DNA of 64,000 bases from a virus. Made by a program: the position numbers and the translations under genes. Positions 49,201 to 58,605 of this stretch are shown piece by piece. The notes under the pieces were generated by a model. The model ran no database searches and was not told where the DNA came from. It saw only the letters and a program-made list of their open reading frames with translations. Where the stretch lies: IMG/VR virus record IMGVR_UViG_3300025828_000014, one strand, 5' to 3'. Every line of letters starts with the position of its first letter. The stretch's first letter is position 1.

Positions 49201-52200
49201 TGAAAATTTACAAGTTGCTAAAAAATACGGATTGTTAAATATTCCAAGACAGAGTATGTTTGTAAATAGAATAGAAGCTGTAAAACAATTTGTTGATAGA
49301 GTCAACTCAGTATTTTTGAAAAATATTATAGTAGATAATTATAATATAAGCAAATTATTATTAGTGGATCCAGCACCTTTATTGTCTTTAGGAAAACACG
49401 ATGTTGCAGTTGATACTGTAAATGATTTACAATTTGTAGGAACTGCAAAAAAGACACAAGCTGTTTTAACACCTGTGATTGTTGACGGTAAAATCACCGA
49501 CGTAATTATTAATAATGCAGGCAACGGATATAAAGTTGCTCCTGAAATTGAATTTGATGATGTCACAGGTAAAAATGCTGAATTTAAAGCAACAATAAAC
49601 AGTAATGGACAAATTACAAGTGTTGAAATTAAAGAACAAGGTTTTGATTATTCGTCTAACACAATTTTAAAAGTAAGAGAATTCAGTGTATTAGTAAACG
49701 CAGATGAAACAATTGGCGGACGTTGGAGCATATATGTTTACAATCCTACTTCTAGAGAATGGAATAGAACAGACAACCAAAGTTTTGATACAACCAAGTA
49801 TTGGAATTATGCTGATTATTACGCTACTGGTTATTCAATAAACACAATAATTAACCAAACAATAGAATCTAGTTATGAATTATTCGGATTAGATAATACA
49901 ATAGGTGATGTTGTTAAAATAAAAAATATTGGAACAGGCGGCTGGCTTCTGTTAGAAAAAATAGACAACCAAGACACTGAAGATTATACAATTAATTACA
50001 AAACTGTAGGCAGACAAAATGGCACAATTCAATTGTCTAGCTTAATTTATAATTATTCAACAGAAACTACTGGTTATGATGCTGGTGTATATGATATAGC
50101 ATTTTATGATAGAGAACCAGTTAATGAATTAAGAAATATATTAAATGCTATTAAAACTGATATTTTTATTGGCGAATTGGCTGTAGAATACAATAAACTA
50201 TTTTTTGCAAGTGTAAGATATGCACTATCTGAACAGGAAAATGTTGATTGGGTATTTAAATCAAGTTTCTTAAGAGCAAAACATAATGTTGGAGAATTGG
50301 AACAAAAAGTTGCATATCAAAATGACAATCTTGAAAATTATCAAGATTATATCAACGAAGTTAAGCCTTATAAAACTAGTGTTAGAGAATACATAAGTTC
50401 ATACGAAAAAATTGAACCTACCAATAGTTTGATATCTGACTTTGATTTACCACCTAGCTACATTGGAGGAAATATTACTCCTAGTGTTGCTAAATTTTCA
50501 AACAATGAAGTTACAGATTTGTGGCAAAAATATTTTACGTATCCATACAAAAATTGGGTAGATAACAATACATACGAAATAGTTAGTATTGAAGTTTTAG
50601 ACGGAGGCAGTGGGTTTAACAATACACCAGATGTTACTATTAGTGGAAATAGTGGAGCAACTGCGAGAGCATATATTGCTAAAGGCAAAGTTAAATCAAT
50701 TGAAATACTTAAAAAAGGCAACAGAGTGTTATCTGCTCCTACTGTAACAGTAAGTGGCAATCAAGATCCAGACGGTAGTCCAGTAAAAGCAAGTGTAATT
50801 ATTGGTAATCCTTTGGTAAGAAGCACACACATGACTGTAAAATTTGACAGAGTTAGTGGTAAAAAATATTTTGAGACTATTGACCAAAAAGAAAACTTTT
50901 TAGGAACAGGCGCAAAACAAAAATTCCAATTGTTGTGGCCAATGAATGTAAAGACAGATACATTTAGTGTCACAGTAAATGGTGTTGAGATGTTGAAAAG
51001 CGAATATCAAGTTGGCAATGATCTTGATACTACAAAAGGTTATGATAGGTATTTTGGGTATATTAATTTTGTAAAAGATCCTGCAATCGATGATGTGATT
51101 GTTGTAAATTACAAAAAAGCAACCAGTCTGCTTCATGCTGCCGACAGAGTGTTGTATGAATACAATCCTACTACAGGTATGCCTGGCAAAGAATTAAGTC
51201 AAGTAATGCAAGGTGTTGAATACGAAGGTGCATTATACGATAGTTTTGGTTTTGGTAATGAACAAGGATTTGGCGCCGGCGGATTTAGTGATTTGCCTTG
51301 GGACACTTTTGATAACACATTTAGTGACGAAGTAATTAAATTAGATGGTAGCACTGCTACAATCACACTTTCAAAACCTCTAGAAAATGGAGTAAATTAC
51401 AACATATATCTAAACGGTGTAAGGTTAGACGACCCTGCATATGATGGCAGCACTGCTACAGCCAACAAAAATGCTGTAATGGCTACAATTGTAGGCGACG
51501 GTGAGCAAATTGAAATAGATATACAAGGTATATTTACTACAACAGATGGTGATGAAGTAATTATTAGAAAAGAAGAAAGTGACGGATCTCTATCTCCTGT
51601 AAGCACAAATTTTGACACCAGTTTGTCAGGCGGCGCTCTTGATAAAACTACTGCCACAGGCATACCAAGTGGAGAAATTGTAGTAGACGGCGATGAATTC
51701 TTTTCAGCAACCAACAGCAAAGGTCCTGAAGAACTTGTTCCTGGCACAGTTACAGATACACTTGATTTACAAGTATATACAAGACCTAATAACGGATTAG
51801 CAAACATTGCTGTTGCTAATTATATCTATGATGGATCTACAAGAGAGTTTGAGTTTCCTGAAAAACCATTTGGAGAAACAAATGTTGTTGTAATGGTTAA
51901 TCAAAAAGTTTTAAGAGAAGATGTATTTTATTCAGATTATGATTTAAATGCAGTGTTTATTGATAGCGATGAAAATATAGAAACTGGCGATAGTATTACT
52001 GTTATGACATTTGGATCCAACGGTAACAATTTAATTGATTCTAAAACAATACAACTCAACTCTTATGATATTGCAAATCAACCAGTTGGCGAAAATTGGA
52101 GATTTGTAACAGCAGCTGACTTCAGCAGTGATGCTAGTGCAATTGTTGTTATGAACGGCCGTGTTGCAACAGAAGGTAGCGACTATTTCTTAAACATTAG

Positions 52201-54037
52201 CGATAGCACAACAGAAGCAGCAAACAAAATTACAATCGAATTTCCAGGCGGTCGTGTGAGACTTGGAGAAAATAACATTATACAATATGCTGTGTATGAT
52301 ACAAATATTGTAAGTTATAGCCTAGTATACCAAGATATAACATGGAATCAAACATTAGGAAATTATTGGAACTTTACCAATACGCCTACACCATTTAATG
52401 TAAAACCTTTAGGTCATAATTTGATCGTTTTTGGTGACGATGAAATATTAGATCCTGGTTACAGTATCAGATATACTACAACAACTGATAGAGTATACGA
52501 TTTAGATAGCTGGGCATTTTCAGACTTGACACAAATTAATAGTCGTGACATTTTAGTATATGCAGACGATGTAAGAGTTGACAGACAATATTGGACATGG
52601 GATCAAACAAGTGCAAGAATTACAATATTGTCAAATACCATAGCACCAGCAGGAACAAAACTAGATATCTATGTAATCAATAATGCAGATTATTACTTTA
52701 TTGATACACAAATAGAATTTACAGAGGTAGATGGTAGCACAACAATTAATATGGAGCCGTTAGTAACAGTAGGCCAGCCGTTAAAATTAGTTAGCACAGC
52801 CTCTTCTACTGTTTTTAATCCGATTGTAAAATCAGTATCAAATAACGTAGTTGTTGTTGAAGGAATGGCAAGACAAATTAGAGATGAATTTGTTGCAGAC
52901 GAAGATTTTTGGGTAACAAACGATTCTACGCAAATGAAAATTGCAAATATAGAATTTATAGAAAGCGACAGTATAAGTATAGATCCAGACAAATACAATG
53001 GGGCATTTACAACTTATAGAGTAATGCATTTTAGTAATCATGATGTTAACAAATTTAGAAGATACAGTTATGACGTTTTAACTGACACTGTAGTAAATGA
53101 ATTTACTTCTGAATATACCAGACGTAATTTATTAACAAGTGGTATTGTCGAACTTGATAGTCAAGCAGCTGGAGCGCAATATGTATGGGTAGTAAAAAAT
53201 AAAAAATTACTACGTCCTTTGATTGATTACGAAGTAATGGAAGAACTTGATGCAGTAAGATTAAACGAAATTCCTGCTGCTAATGATAAAATACAAGTTT
53301 TACATTGGACTAATGCAGTATCAGGTAAGCGTTTTGGTTTTAGAATATTTAGAGACATGCTTGGTAGAACACATTACAAGCGGTTAAACCAAGAAAACTC
53401 TTACGTATTAGCAAAAGATTTGCAAGTATATGACAACTCTATTCTACTTGATGATGCAACTGGAATACAGAAACCAAACACACTTAAAAACCTGCCAGGT
53501 ATACTTTGGATTGATGGCGAACGTATTGAATATTTTTCAGTCCAAGGAAATACATTATCTCAATTGCGCAGAGGAACATTAGGAACAGGTGTTAAGAGTT
53601 TGCACAAAGCAGGCGATAGAGCATTTGGTCAAGGTCCAGGAGAAACAATTGACTACCAAGACACATATGATGTATATAGAGATTTTGCAGATGGTTCGAG
53701 TCAAATTGTAGATCTTGGATTTACATTTGATAACATAAACGAAATTGAGGTGTTTGTTGGTGGTAAAAAGTTAAGTAAAGTTGATGTTAATGTTTACAAC
53801 AACACTATAGCACAAGACAGCACCGAAGGCGATCAAGTTAAAGCACAAGAGTTTACAGTAGTAGATGTATCAGGAGAAAAACGTATAAACTTTACTACAA
53901 CTCCTGCTGTAAACACAGAAATAAGAGTAGTGAAAAGAACTGGAAGAAGATGGATTCAACCAAATGAAACACTTAGAACCAGTTCTTCACCAATAGCAAA
54001 ATTTATTCGCGGAGCAACAATTGAGCTACCTAAATAA
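40286..54037 (+). CDS. Giant baseplate wedge / virion protein (4583 aa; gp7-like position) with propeller and carbohydrate-binding-like modules
   Basis: Follows gp6; N-terminal LLPRYF and YINEVKPY wedge-type motifs; FG-GAP-like blades; W/Y...Y..GD.V.Y....Y.A modules. Confidence 0.7.
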   Translation: MESIDYPLPIGDSDRSAKNLLPRYFRTDTNNKFVQSTIDSMISEGVIEKLDAYVGRRNSPTAKVTDTFLPDVSTDRENYQFESSIVSKDDLGNVNFYASYTDLLGVIKTYKGSVNNHSVLNSQTSYSWNPHIDFDKFTNFREYYWLPLGPIPVAVSGSQRGITSVYNVELGTDDQTQSYVFSPDGITKNPTLKLYKGQTYKFDINTPGEPISFVTNIAYQDNDPLLEIDAENISTIYNTNIKRYKRNQDGAYIETDDVWIENGRIEFTPDDTVPPLLYYASKNNANMNGLLNFYNINENSQINVEDEIIGKKSYQSPIGGNLSNGQRIFFVGEVTPKKYATGNYFVEGVGSSIRLIPETELEIPVPFTTVKNVPFDGEEFGFDEYPYEDAAAFVAQKDYITINRGSPDKNPWSRYNRWFHRDVIVESYNQAGLPVEIDEEARAKRPIIEYTSGLKLYNHGAVAKDNVDLIDTFTTDVFSTIEGKGGYIIDGVEVTDGMRLLFTADKDILVAGKIYKVKFINFGTGTIKNRQITLIEEADTIPNEGDTVLVSQGNVNAGKMFHYANNKWNKAQEKTSVNQQPHFDLFDSNAYSYGDTTQYVGTSFIGTKLFSYAKGSGSNDVELGFPLKYQSINNFGDIVFDFNYHTDKFTYQDSSQNIVEKNTSSGFFKIFNQDGSYKWKSVWEKTYFKSRQPVIRQYNGQLNNFPVDVFDNSHLLDDLVVRVFVNNKKKIEGVDYTLDNTVKYKQVRFFNNLDSESIVVLKCYSSANKNVNGYYEIPKNLESNPQNENLTTFTLGEVNKHVNSIVENYHPVAQGSIPGNTNLRDLPNITQYGTQFMKHSGPVNLAAYHLVDKDANIIKSIQFAMKEYSRFKSSFLFTANQTGFHGDTKKHVDLIMNTLNKDKTSSMPFFASDMIPMNATTETIHEIEYDETAYLPTSFTNFDLKTLSNKAVLVYVNGEQKYQGVDYDFENGFIKYYNPTIGQDIVVYEYENTNGCYVPPTPTKLGLYPLYKPEFQTITGANGNVDVIVGHDGSYTVRFDDYRDELLLDLEKRIYNNIKTSYNTEYLDIHDFIGGFNRKTGVSRETIDSLILEDFSSWLSTAGNPNYTENTNWSGENSFTFNYRSMSDADGNRLPGGWRAIFKQFYDTDRPHTHPWEMLGFSIEPTWWQDVYGPAPYTLSNTVLWQDLRDGFVKEPGKSVKTLDKYKRPNLLSIIPTDENGNLRSPLDSGIAQGFYLPSTSEPFVYGDQGPTESAFRNSSDYRFAILKAWIVSKPCEVFGLGFDRSRIIKDMAGNFVYNETGQAITTKDIIFPTLTGNESKQHFTAGLINYIANYVKWAVSSSYDSYQSDLKRLDNQLSIKLAGFAEKNKLKLLLDSRSPLNKTSVFVPEENYQIFLNTSSVQQVATLSGILITVSDSGYIIEGYDNQNPSFTIYPYIETQSDSAINVGGISEKFLNWSESNTYTIGTVVKYNNEFYRAKVSHVSSNEFENKNFTKLAELPVQGGKTGVIRRRFNKTATSVPYGQIYKTEQDVVDFLLGYEAYLKDDGWNFENINPESGQVEDMLLLIKEFLFFTTQNWDNDTVLAISPAANRVTFSKNNFTIDNVYDNFYDVSILDGNGNAIDSSLTNIFRDKDTKFTINPVGTPEGIFLIKLPLVQKEHVVLIDNQTVFNDVIFDKAAGFRQERIKLVGYRTDNWTGSLSIPGFFYDEAKIVDWRENTDYRIGDVVKYKEFYYSAFGNHSSKQTFDNTKWRRLSEKPVSQIYPNWDYKVNQFADFYDLDTDNFDTEQQRLAQHLIGYQKRQYLENIITDNVSQYKFYQGFIQEKGTNNAMTKLFDALGSSNKDSVELYEEWAIRAGQYGAIDNIQEIEYKLDESKYRIEPQLFELNNNITIGRTDLVYEIAKNQVFKSPEDYDHTLTSVISNTDTFTKNSGYVRSEDVEFIVTSKDSILNIDIDNLEIGKHIWVTTDKQSWTVLKHSQSDLEILGFTNLTLASSNSGVKINCDRQVDDIAVDDIIGIFSSIPNLKGFYKVTEVLGSDITFDLGSSEIEISFEDPDDSFSAAGGASLSRFVTRRFADFETLNLNIEDIQKDAADRLWVDDNGQGIFSVYENNSVISLQQEYANLDSQLNRVAESYDINFGNTTLVRGDSTDTSSTRIGKVSLLIRNAESFTYSAGAIFEPEQEADINSGYGASVAISPDSKFIAVGAPRADNALTQFKGTYDPTEAYDQGDIVVDRGTLWRAKQAVSNWHDSYSDSSTISDSDSNDWEPAYYIPAGVGNSSGLSNQGIVHIYKFDDSTREYTLDIVMCSPDPNAEEQFGYQVELRKNINGIHQLYVSAPGIDVGRVYFFEFDDEWKWTRNRSYKGVFDVNEKYRENDIVFYQGALYQALVERIPLTTPVNDKLPTDTNSWIAAQDIEHTGYIPNRYQELDGDSDTGESNFGIKFDVNDNGDKIVVESDVSSVRTLSVYNKPVDRWKYIQEIKADTTKRESWGVDFAINDDGDRIAVAAPYNDDISNDAGTVYLYKQQSDDLYTLSQNVRSPYKDKNEAFGSAVDFSGNKLAICGKNSDLVEVTGFDNNQLKLDNGNTRISKTIQDTGRIVVFQLINNTYVYGEDIAYKRDTSNHVLDDFKFNQNHLYLNMPTITALEADNPATGNSKYVNSVNQGLLADFSFTKGKDSWTILTSQVSKPKIQELQQVFLYSDDKKDIIQRLDVIDPRQGKIAGPAEQEITFKTWYDPAVYSFSTGEQDVTVDAYSNWTDRYVGKLWWDISKASWFDPYQGNSNYRAGVFHKLLPNAQIQVCEWVSSDLLPSEWDDLAGTTEGYARGVTGTTLYGSEVFSSKQVYDAIRKRFITKYFYWVRNTQIVPNVPGRILSCESVTNLIRDPASTGYRFISILENNKFAMYNTASLIEGRNTILHFRKEKDVDLNVPIHYEYNLLTEGLDVSMPSKDIEQKWIDSLIGYDNIGNSVPDENLQVAKKYGLLNIPRQSMFVNRIEAVKQFVDRVNSVFLKNIIVDNYNISKLLLVDPAPLLSLGKHDVAVDTVNDLQFVGTAKKTQAVLTPVIVDGKITDVIINNAGNGYKVAPEIEFDDVTGKNAEFKATINSNGQITSVEIKEQGFDYSSNTILKVREFSVLVNADETIGGRWSIYVYNPTSREWNRTDNQSFDTTKYWNYADYYATGYSINTIINQTIESSYELFGLDNTIGDVVKIKNIGTGGWLLLEKIDNQDTEDYTINYKTVGRQNGTIQLSSLIYNYSTETTGYDAGVYDIAFYDREPVNELRNILNAIKTDIFIGELAVEYNKLFFASVRYALSEQENVDWVFKSSFLRAKHNVGELEQKVAYQNDNLENYQDYINEVKPYKTSVREYISSYEKIEPTNSLISDFDLPPSYIGGNITPSVAKFSNNEVTDLWQKYFTYPYKNWVDNNTYEIVSIEVLDGGSGFNNTPDVTISGNSGATARAYIAKGKVKSIEILKKGNRVLSAPTVTVSGNQDPDGSPVKASVIIGNPLVRSTHMTVKFDRVSGKKYFETIDQKENFLGTGAKQKFQLLWPMNVKTDTFSVTVNGVEMLKSEYQVGNDLDTTKGYDRYFGYINFVKDPAIDDVIVVNYKKATSLLHAADRVLYEYNPTTGMPGKELSQVMQGVEYEGALYDSFGFGNEQGFGAGGFSDLPWDTFDNTFSDEVIKLDGSTATITLSKPLENGVNYNIYLNGVRLDDPAYDGSTATANKNAVMATIVGDGEQIEIDIQGIFTTTDGDEVIIRKEESDGSLSPVSTNFDTSLSGGALDKTTATGIPSGEIVVDGDEFFSATNSKGPEELVPGTVTDTLDLQVYTRPNNGLANIAVANYIYDGSTREFEFPEKPFGETNVVVMVNQKVLREDVFYSDYDLNAVFIDSDENIETGDSITVMTFGSNGNNLIDSKTIQLNSYDIANQPVGENWRFVTAADFSSDASAIVVMNGRVATEGSDYFLNISDSTTEAANKITIEFPGGRVRLGENNIIQYAVYDTNIVSYSLVYQDITWNQTLGNYWNFTNTPTPFNVKPLGHNLIVFGDDEILDPGYSIRYTTTTDRVYDLDSWAFSDLTQINSRDILVYADDVRVDRQYWTWDQTSARITILSNTIAPAGTKLDIYVINNADYYFIDTQIEFTEVDGSTTINMEPLVTVGQPLKLVSTASSTVFNPIVKSVSNNVVVVEGMARQIRDEFVADEDFWVTNDSTQMKIANIEFIESDSISIDPDKYNGAFTTYRVMHFSNHDVNKFRRYSYDVLTDTVVNEFTSEYTRRNLLTSGIVELDSQAAGAQYVWVVKNKKLLRPLIDYEVMEELDAVRLNEIPAANDKIQVLHWTNAVSGKRFGFRIFRDMLGRTHYKRLNQENSYVLAKDLQVYDNSILLDDATGIQKPNTLKNLPGILWIDGERIEYFSVQGNTLSQLRRGTLGTGVKSLHKAGDRAFGQGPGETIDYQDTYDVYRDFADGSSQIVDLGFTFDNINEIEVFVGGKKLSKVDVNVYNNTIAQDSTEGDQVKAQEFTVVDVSGEKRINFTTTPAVNTEIRVVKRTGRRWIQPNETLRTSSSPIAKFIRGATIELPK

Positions 54038-54058
54038 ATACAGTATAAGGTAAAAAAG

Positions 54059-54667
54059 ATGACACAGTTTAATGATCTAAATGGAATACATGTTGAAGGA
54101 CACATAAAAATTTCTGACCCTGATAGCGGCGAAATTTATGTGAACAAACGCAATGCTATTCATTATGAAAATATGAGTATTGCATTAGCAGAAAGTCTTG
54201 CTAACCAAGGCGAAGGCTTTGTTTATGAAATGAGTTTTGGCAACGGTGGAACCAGTGTTGATCCAACAGGTATTGTGACATACTTAACACCAAACAGCAC
54301 AGGCACAAACAGCAGTTTGTATAATCAAACATTTACAAAAGTAGTTGATGAACGCAGTGTTAACAACACTGATCCAGCGAGAAACAAAACTGAAATTAGA
54401 CATGTTAGTGGGACAAATTATACTGATATATTAGTTAGATGCTTGTTAGACTACGGAGAACCTTCAGGACAAGATGCGTTTGATACTGCTGGCAGCAATG
54501 ACAGTTTATATGTATTTGATGAATTAGGTTTACGTAGTTATAGTGCAAGCGGAACTGGAAGATTGATTACACATGTTATATTCCATCCAGTGCAAAAAAG
54601 TTTAAACCGTTTGATACAAGTAGATTATACTGTAAGAATTCAAAGTTTAAGCGGAATTGAGGGGTAA
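54059..54667 (+). CDS. Conserved baseplate/virion protein
   Basis: ORF with TAAATA at 54031-54040; FDELGL..LITHVIFHPVQKSLNR.I..DYTVRI is typical of fibre-attachment proteins. Confidence 0.6.
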   Translation: MTQFNDLNGIHVEGHIKISDPDSGEIYVNKRNAIHYENMSIALAESLANQGEGFVYEMSFGNGGTSVDPTGIVTYLTPNSTGTNSSLYNQTFTKVVDERSVNNTDPARNKTEIRHVSGTNYTDILVRCLLDYGEPSGQDAFDTAGSNDSLYVFDELGLRSYSASGTGRLITHVIFHPVQKSLNRLIQVDYTVRIQSLSGIEG

Positions 54668-54669
54668 TC

Positions 54670-56733
54670 ATGGCAGACTATACCATAAACTTTACAGATT
54701 TAATTAATAAAGGTTCTCTCACAGTTGAAGAAAATGGCCTAAATTCTACAGATACAAGTTTAAAATTAGTAGGGCAGAATCTGTCTGGTTATGGTGCTTA
54801 TATCAATGAAAACTTTTTGCATCTTTTAGAAAATTTTGCAAATACTACTGCACCTAGTAGTCCTGTAGAAGGACAACTTTGGTATGATACAACCGCAGGC
54901 GTTGATCAGCTGAAAGTATACGATGGTGCAGCATGGGTAGCAGCAGGCGGCATCAAAAAAGCAGCCTCACAACCAGAAGCAAGTGCAAGTATACTTGGCG
55001 ACATCTGGGTAGATACAGCAAATTTACAAGCATACATTTACAGTGGTAGTGGCTGGGTTTTAATTGGTCCAGATTATAGTGAGTCTACTGCAACAGGTGC
55101 AAAAATTGAAACCCTCATTGGCACAAGCACACTGCTTGGCACTGATACAAATCACACAGTATTGATTAATTATGTAAACAATAATATTATTGCAGTTTAT
55201 AGTTATGTTGAATTTACACCAAAAGCCAAGGTTACAGGATTTCCTACAGGTTATGTGATGAAGCCTGGTGTTAATATTCCAACAGAATCAATATTTAGTG
55301 GTGCAAAAGCAAAATATTACGGCACAAGTGAAAAAGCCGAAGCATTAGTTGATGCTAGTGGTAATAACAGTTTAGTCTACGGAGATATTGCGAGATTAGA
55401 TGTAATAAATAGATTTACAAAAGAACAACGAATCTCTAGCAATGCTGGATTAACCATTGGCGAAAATGGCATATTAACAGCCAGCGTGACCGGATCGTCT
55501 ATTACAATCAGAAACAAAGCTACAGACGGATCTATTAATTTTAACACAAATAACAGCGGAGCAAATCAAACATCTCTGTATATTGCATCTGACGGCAAAC
55601 ACGGAATTTTAAACACATCTCCTGAAGAAGCACTTGATGTAACAGGAAATATAAAAGCAACAAAGATTATTTCAACTAGCACGTTGAATAGTAGTAACAC
55701 AACAGACGGAGCAATTAACACCGCAGGCGGAGTTGGTATTTCTAAAGATATCAATGTTGGCGGAGATGCTTACTTCAACCTAAATGATACTAATAACACT
55801 GGTTCAATTTATGCTAATAATATACAACCTTATACAAATTTAGCCAATAGTATTGGATTACCTAATTTAAAATATGCACATGTATATGCAAATACTTTTC
55901 ACGGAAATTTAGAAGGAAATGTAACAGGAAATGTAAGCGGCAGTGCTCAATCAGCAGGCAAACTGTCAAGTCCTACAACATTCCAATTTAACAGCGCCGG
56001 AGATGTAACTGCAACAGGAAGTGTGCAATTTGACGGACAAGTAGGCGGCACAACCAAAGAGTGGACACTTAATATAGATCCAAACTTCCTTACAAATCAA
56101 ACTGCAATTTCAGTAGCAGTGGCACCAACAGATCAATTTTTAGTGTATAATTCAGAAGGTTTGCGCAAAATGACGCAAGCACAAATTGTCAGCACTATTC
56201 CAGTGTTTGCGTTGGGAATGATTATGCCCTATGCAGGAACAATAGCACCAACTGGTTGGGAGTTATGTCACGGACAAGAATTAGCTAGAGGCGGCGATTA
56301 TGAACCTTTATATGCTATTATAGGTAATTTATACGGAACACCGAGCACGCCAGACTTTTTTGTTTTACCTGATTTTAGAGGTAGACATTTACTAGGACAC
56401 TTAGGTGCAGCTACAAGCGGAAACAGGGTTTTGAATGATGCTGCTGCTAATACAGTAGGTTTAACAGGTGGTAGCGAATCTCACAATATCACACAAGCCC
56501 AATTACCAGATCACACACATAGTATGCAAGGCGATAATGGCGAGCAATACTATGGAGTAACAAACGTAACAGGTGGCACAGATACAGGTGCAAGTTCTCA
56601 AAATATTACAGGAACAACAACAGGCACAGGAATTGATAGGACAGGATCAATGAATGATATACAAAATACACCATATTATCATACCAGTCCATATACAACA
56701 GTTGAGTTTATTATCTACACAGGAGGTTCTTAA
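54670..56733 (+). CDS. Tail fibre protein with C-terminal tail-collar domain
   Basis: N-terminal L.LVG.N..GYG..NENF..LLENFA...P.EGQLWYD; collar GMIMPYAG..APTGWELCHG..LYAIIG..YG..F.LPDFRGR. Confidence 0.8.
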   Translation: MADYTINFTDLINKGSLTVEENGLNSTDTSLKLVGQNLSGYGAYINENFLHLLENFANTTAPSSPVEGQLWYDTTAGVDQLKVYDGAAWVAAGGIKKAASQPEASASILGDIWVDTANLQAYIYSGSGWVLIGPDYSESTATGAKIETLIGTSTLLGTDTNHTVLINYVNNNIIAVYSYVEFTPKAKVTGFPTGYVMKPGVNIPTESIFSGAKAKYYGTSEKAEALVDASGNNSLVYGDIARLDVINRFTKEQRISSNAGLTIGENGILTASVTGSSITIRNKATDGSINFNTNNSGANQTSLYIASDGKHGILNTSPEEALDVTGNIKATKIISTSTLNSSNTTDGAINTAGGVGISKDINVGGDAYFNLNDTNNTGSIYANNIQPYTNLANSIGLPNLKYAHVYANTFHGNLEGNVTGNVSGSAQSAGKLSSPTTFQFNSAGDVTATGSVQFDGQVGGTTKEWTLNIDPNFLTNQTAISVAVAPTDQFLVYNSEGLRKMTQAQIVSTIPVFALGMIMPYAGTIAPTGWELCHGQELARGGDYEPLYAIIGNLYGTPSTPDFFVLPDFRGRHLLGHLGAATSGNRVLNDAAANTVGLTGGSESHNITQAQLPDHTHSMQGDNGEQYYGVTNVTGGTDTGASSQNITGTTTGTGIDRTGSMNDIQNTPYYHTSPYTTVEFIIYTGGS

Positions 56734-58571
56734 TGAGCTATAAAATTAACAAAACCGACGGAACTCTACTAGTAGATTTGATTGATGGTGCCATAGATTC
56801 TACATCAACTGATGTGACCCTTGTGGGAAGAAATTATACAGGGTATGGCGAAGCATTTAACGAAAATTTCGTAAAAATTATTGAAAATTTTGCTGCAACT
56901 AGTGCTCCTGCAAATCCATTAAGAGGACAGCTATGGTATGATACAAGCGAAGGTAGACTAAAAGTTTGGGATGGCGAACAGTTTAGAGGAACTGATACAA
57001 CAACTTACAGTGCGATCAAACCAACCTTGGTGGCTGGTGATTTGTGGATTGATGCTGTCAATAAGCAACTTTATTTTAGTGACGGAGCAGCTGACTATCT
57101 AGTTGGTCCTAGTTACACAAGAAGCCAAACAAAAACTGAATATGATGCAATTAGTTTGATTGATAGTTTTGGTGTTACAAAAACTGTTGGAAGATGGAGT
57201 GTTGGAAATAAAACTGTGGCTATTGTTTGTGCAGAAGATCTCACAGCAGCTACTATTGATTCTAATGTAGCATTACTTACAGGTTTCACATCTCCATTCA
57301 TATTTAAACAAGGCGTGAATATAAATCCTACATATAGCAATTTTAAATGGAATGGCACGGCAACAAATTCTGAAAATTTAATATCTGGAAGTAACGTTTT
57401 TGCACCAAGTAGTTTTTTACAAGTATCGCCTGCTCTACCAATTGCATCTTATCAAACTACAAACCAACATTTACATGTAAACAATGATAGAGGTGTATTA
57501 GTAGGTGATGTAAGTAGATTTAGTATTAGCACAGACACAACTTCAGCAGATAGAGATATTATATTAGGTGCTTTAAGAGAAGATGCAAATATTAAAGTTC
57601 AAGTCACAAACAGTGGTTTAGCAGTGGATGCAATTACAATTGACGCTTCAAATAATAGAGTTGGAATTTTTGATGCAACACCTTCTTATACACTTGATAT
57701 TACCGGTGATTTACGAGTCACAGGTAATATGGTTGTAGAAGGCACACAAACTGCATTAGAAGTAGCAACACTACGTGTAGAAGATAAACAAATAGAACTT
57801 GGTATAACTGAAGATAGTAGTTTAGGAGATGATGCAACAGTTGACGACGGCGGTGTTGTTTTAAAATCAACCGGTATTGACAAAGAATGGGTTTGGAAAA
57901 ATGCGACAAATGCTTGGAGATCAAATGTTAATATTGATGTTGCTGATGGGTATGGATATAGAATTAACGGAACAAATGTTCTAACTATAAACGAACTTCA
58001 TAGTAGTGTAACAACAGCTAACGGACTTACAAGTATTGGAACACTTACTGCATTAAATGTTGACGATATAAGTTTGAATGGAAACACTTTAACGGTTAAT
58101 AATGATTTAAATGCTAATATCAATGGCGATATTATCATGATTGGAACAACAAAAATTAGAAATGTTGCAACTCCAGCAACAGCTAATGATGTAGCTAATA
58201 AACAGTATGTAGATGATGTATCAAAAACACTTGATGTAGCGGTAAGTGTTGATTCAACTGGTTTAACAAATTCTCAATTAGCAGATTTGTTAAACGATAT
58301 ATCACCGTCAGCACAAAAAAATAATGGAGTAAGCGCACGAGTTCATTGCACATCTTATGCAGGAACATACACATATAATGGAACAGATGGTGTGTCAAAA
58401 AGTTTTGTTGCTGTTGACAGTGCCGGTGTTCAAAACCAATCTGTTGTTGCTGATTTTAGTTTTGGTGATATTACAGATAATGTTACATTAACGGTAACAA
58501 GAACATTGAAAAGATTTGAAGTAGTAGCAGGAGCATGGGTTTGGCAAGAAGACTTGGTCAGCAGTGTTTAG
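56733..58571 (+). CDS. Tail fibre protein (paralogous N-terminus)
   Basis: Same LVGRNYTGYGEAFNENF..ENFA..GQLWYD anchor; DVANKQYVD fibre motif. Confidence 0.75.
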   Translation: MSYKINKTDGTLLVDLIDGAIDSTSTDVTLVGRNYTGYGEAFNENFVKIIENFAATSAPANPLRGQLWYDTSEGRLKVWDGEQFRGTDTTTYSAIKPTLVAGDLWIDAVNKQLYFSDGAADYLVGPSYTRSQTKTEYDAISLIDSFGVTKTVGRWSVGNKTVAIVCAEDLTAATIDSNVALLTGFTSPFIFKQGVNINPTYSNFKWNGTATNSENLISGSNVFAPSSFLQVSPALPIASYQTTNQHLHVNNDRGVLVGDVSRFSISTDTTSADRDIILGALREDANIKVQVTNSGLAVDAITIDASNNRVGIFDATPSYTLDITGDLRVTGNMVVEGTQTALEVATLRVEDKQIELGITEDSSLGDDATVDDGGVVLKSTGIDKEWVWKNATNAWRSNVNIDVADGYGYRINGTNVLTINELHSSVTTANGLTSIGTLTALNVDDISLNGNTLTVNNDLNANINGDIIMIGTTKIRNVATPATANDVANKQYVDDVSKTLDVAVSVDSTGLTNSQLADLLNDISPSAQKNNGVSARVHCTSYAGTYTYNGTDGVSKSFVAVDSAGVQNQSVVADFSFGDITDNVTLTVTRTLKRFEVVAGAWVWQEDLVSSV

Positions 58572-58605
58572 GTAAATACTACTAACGCATCATAGGGTAG
58601 ATTAA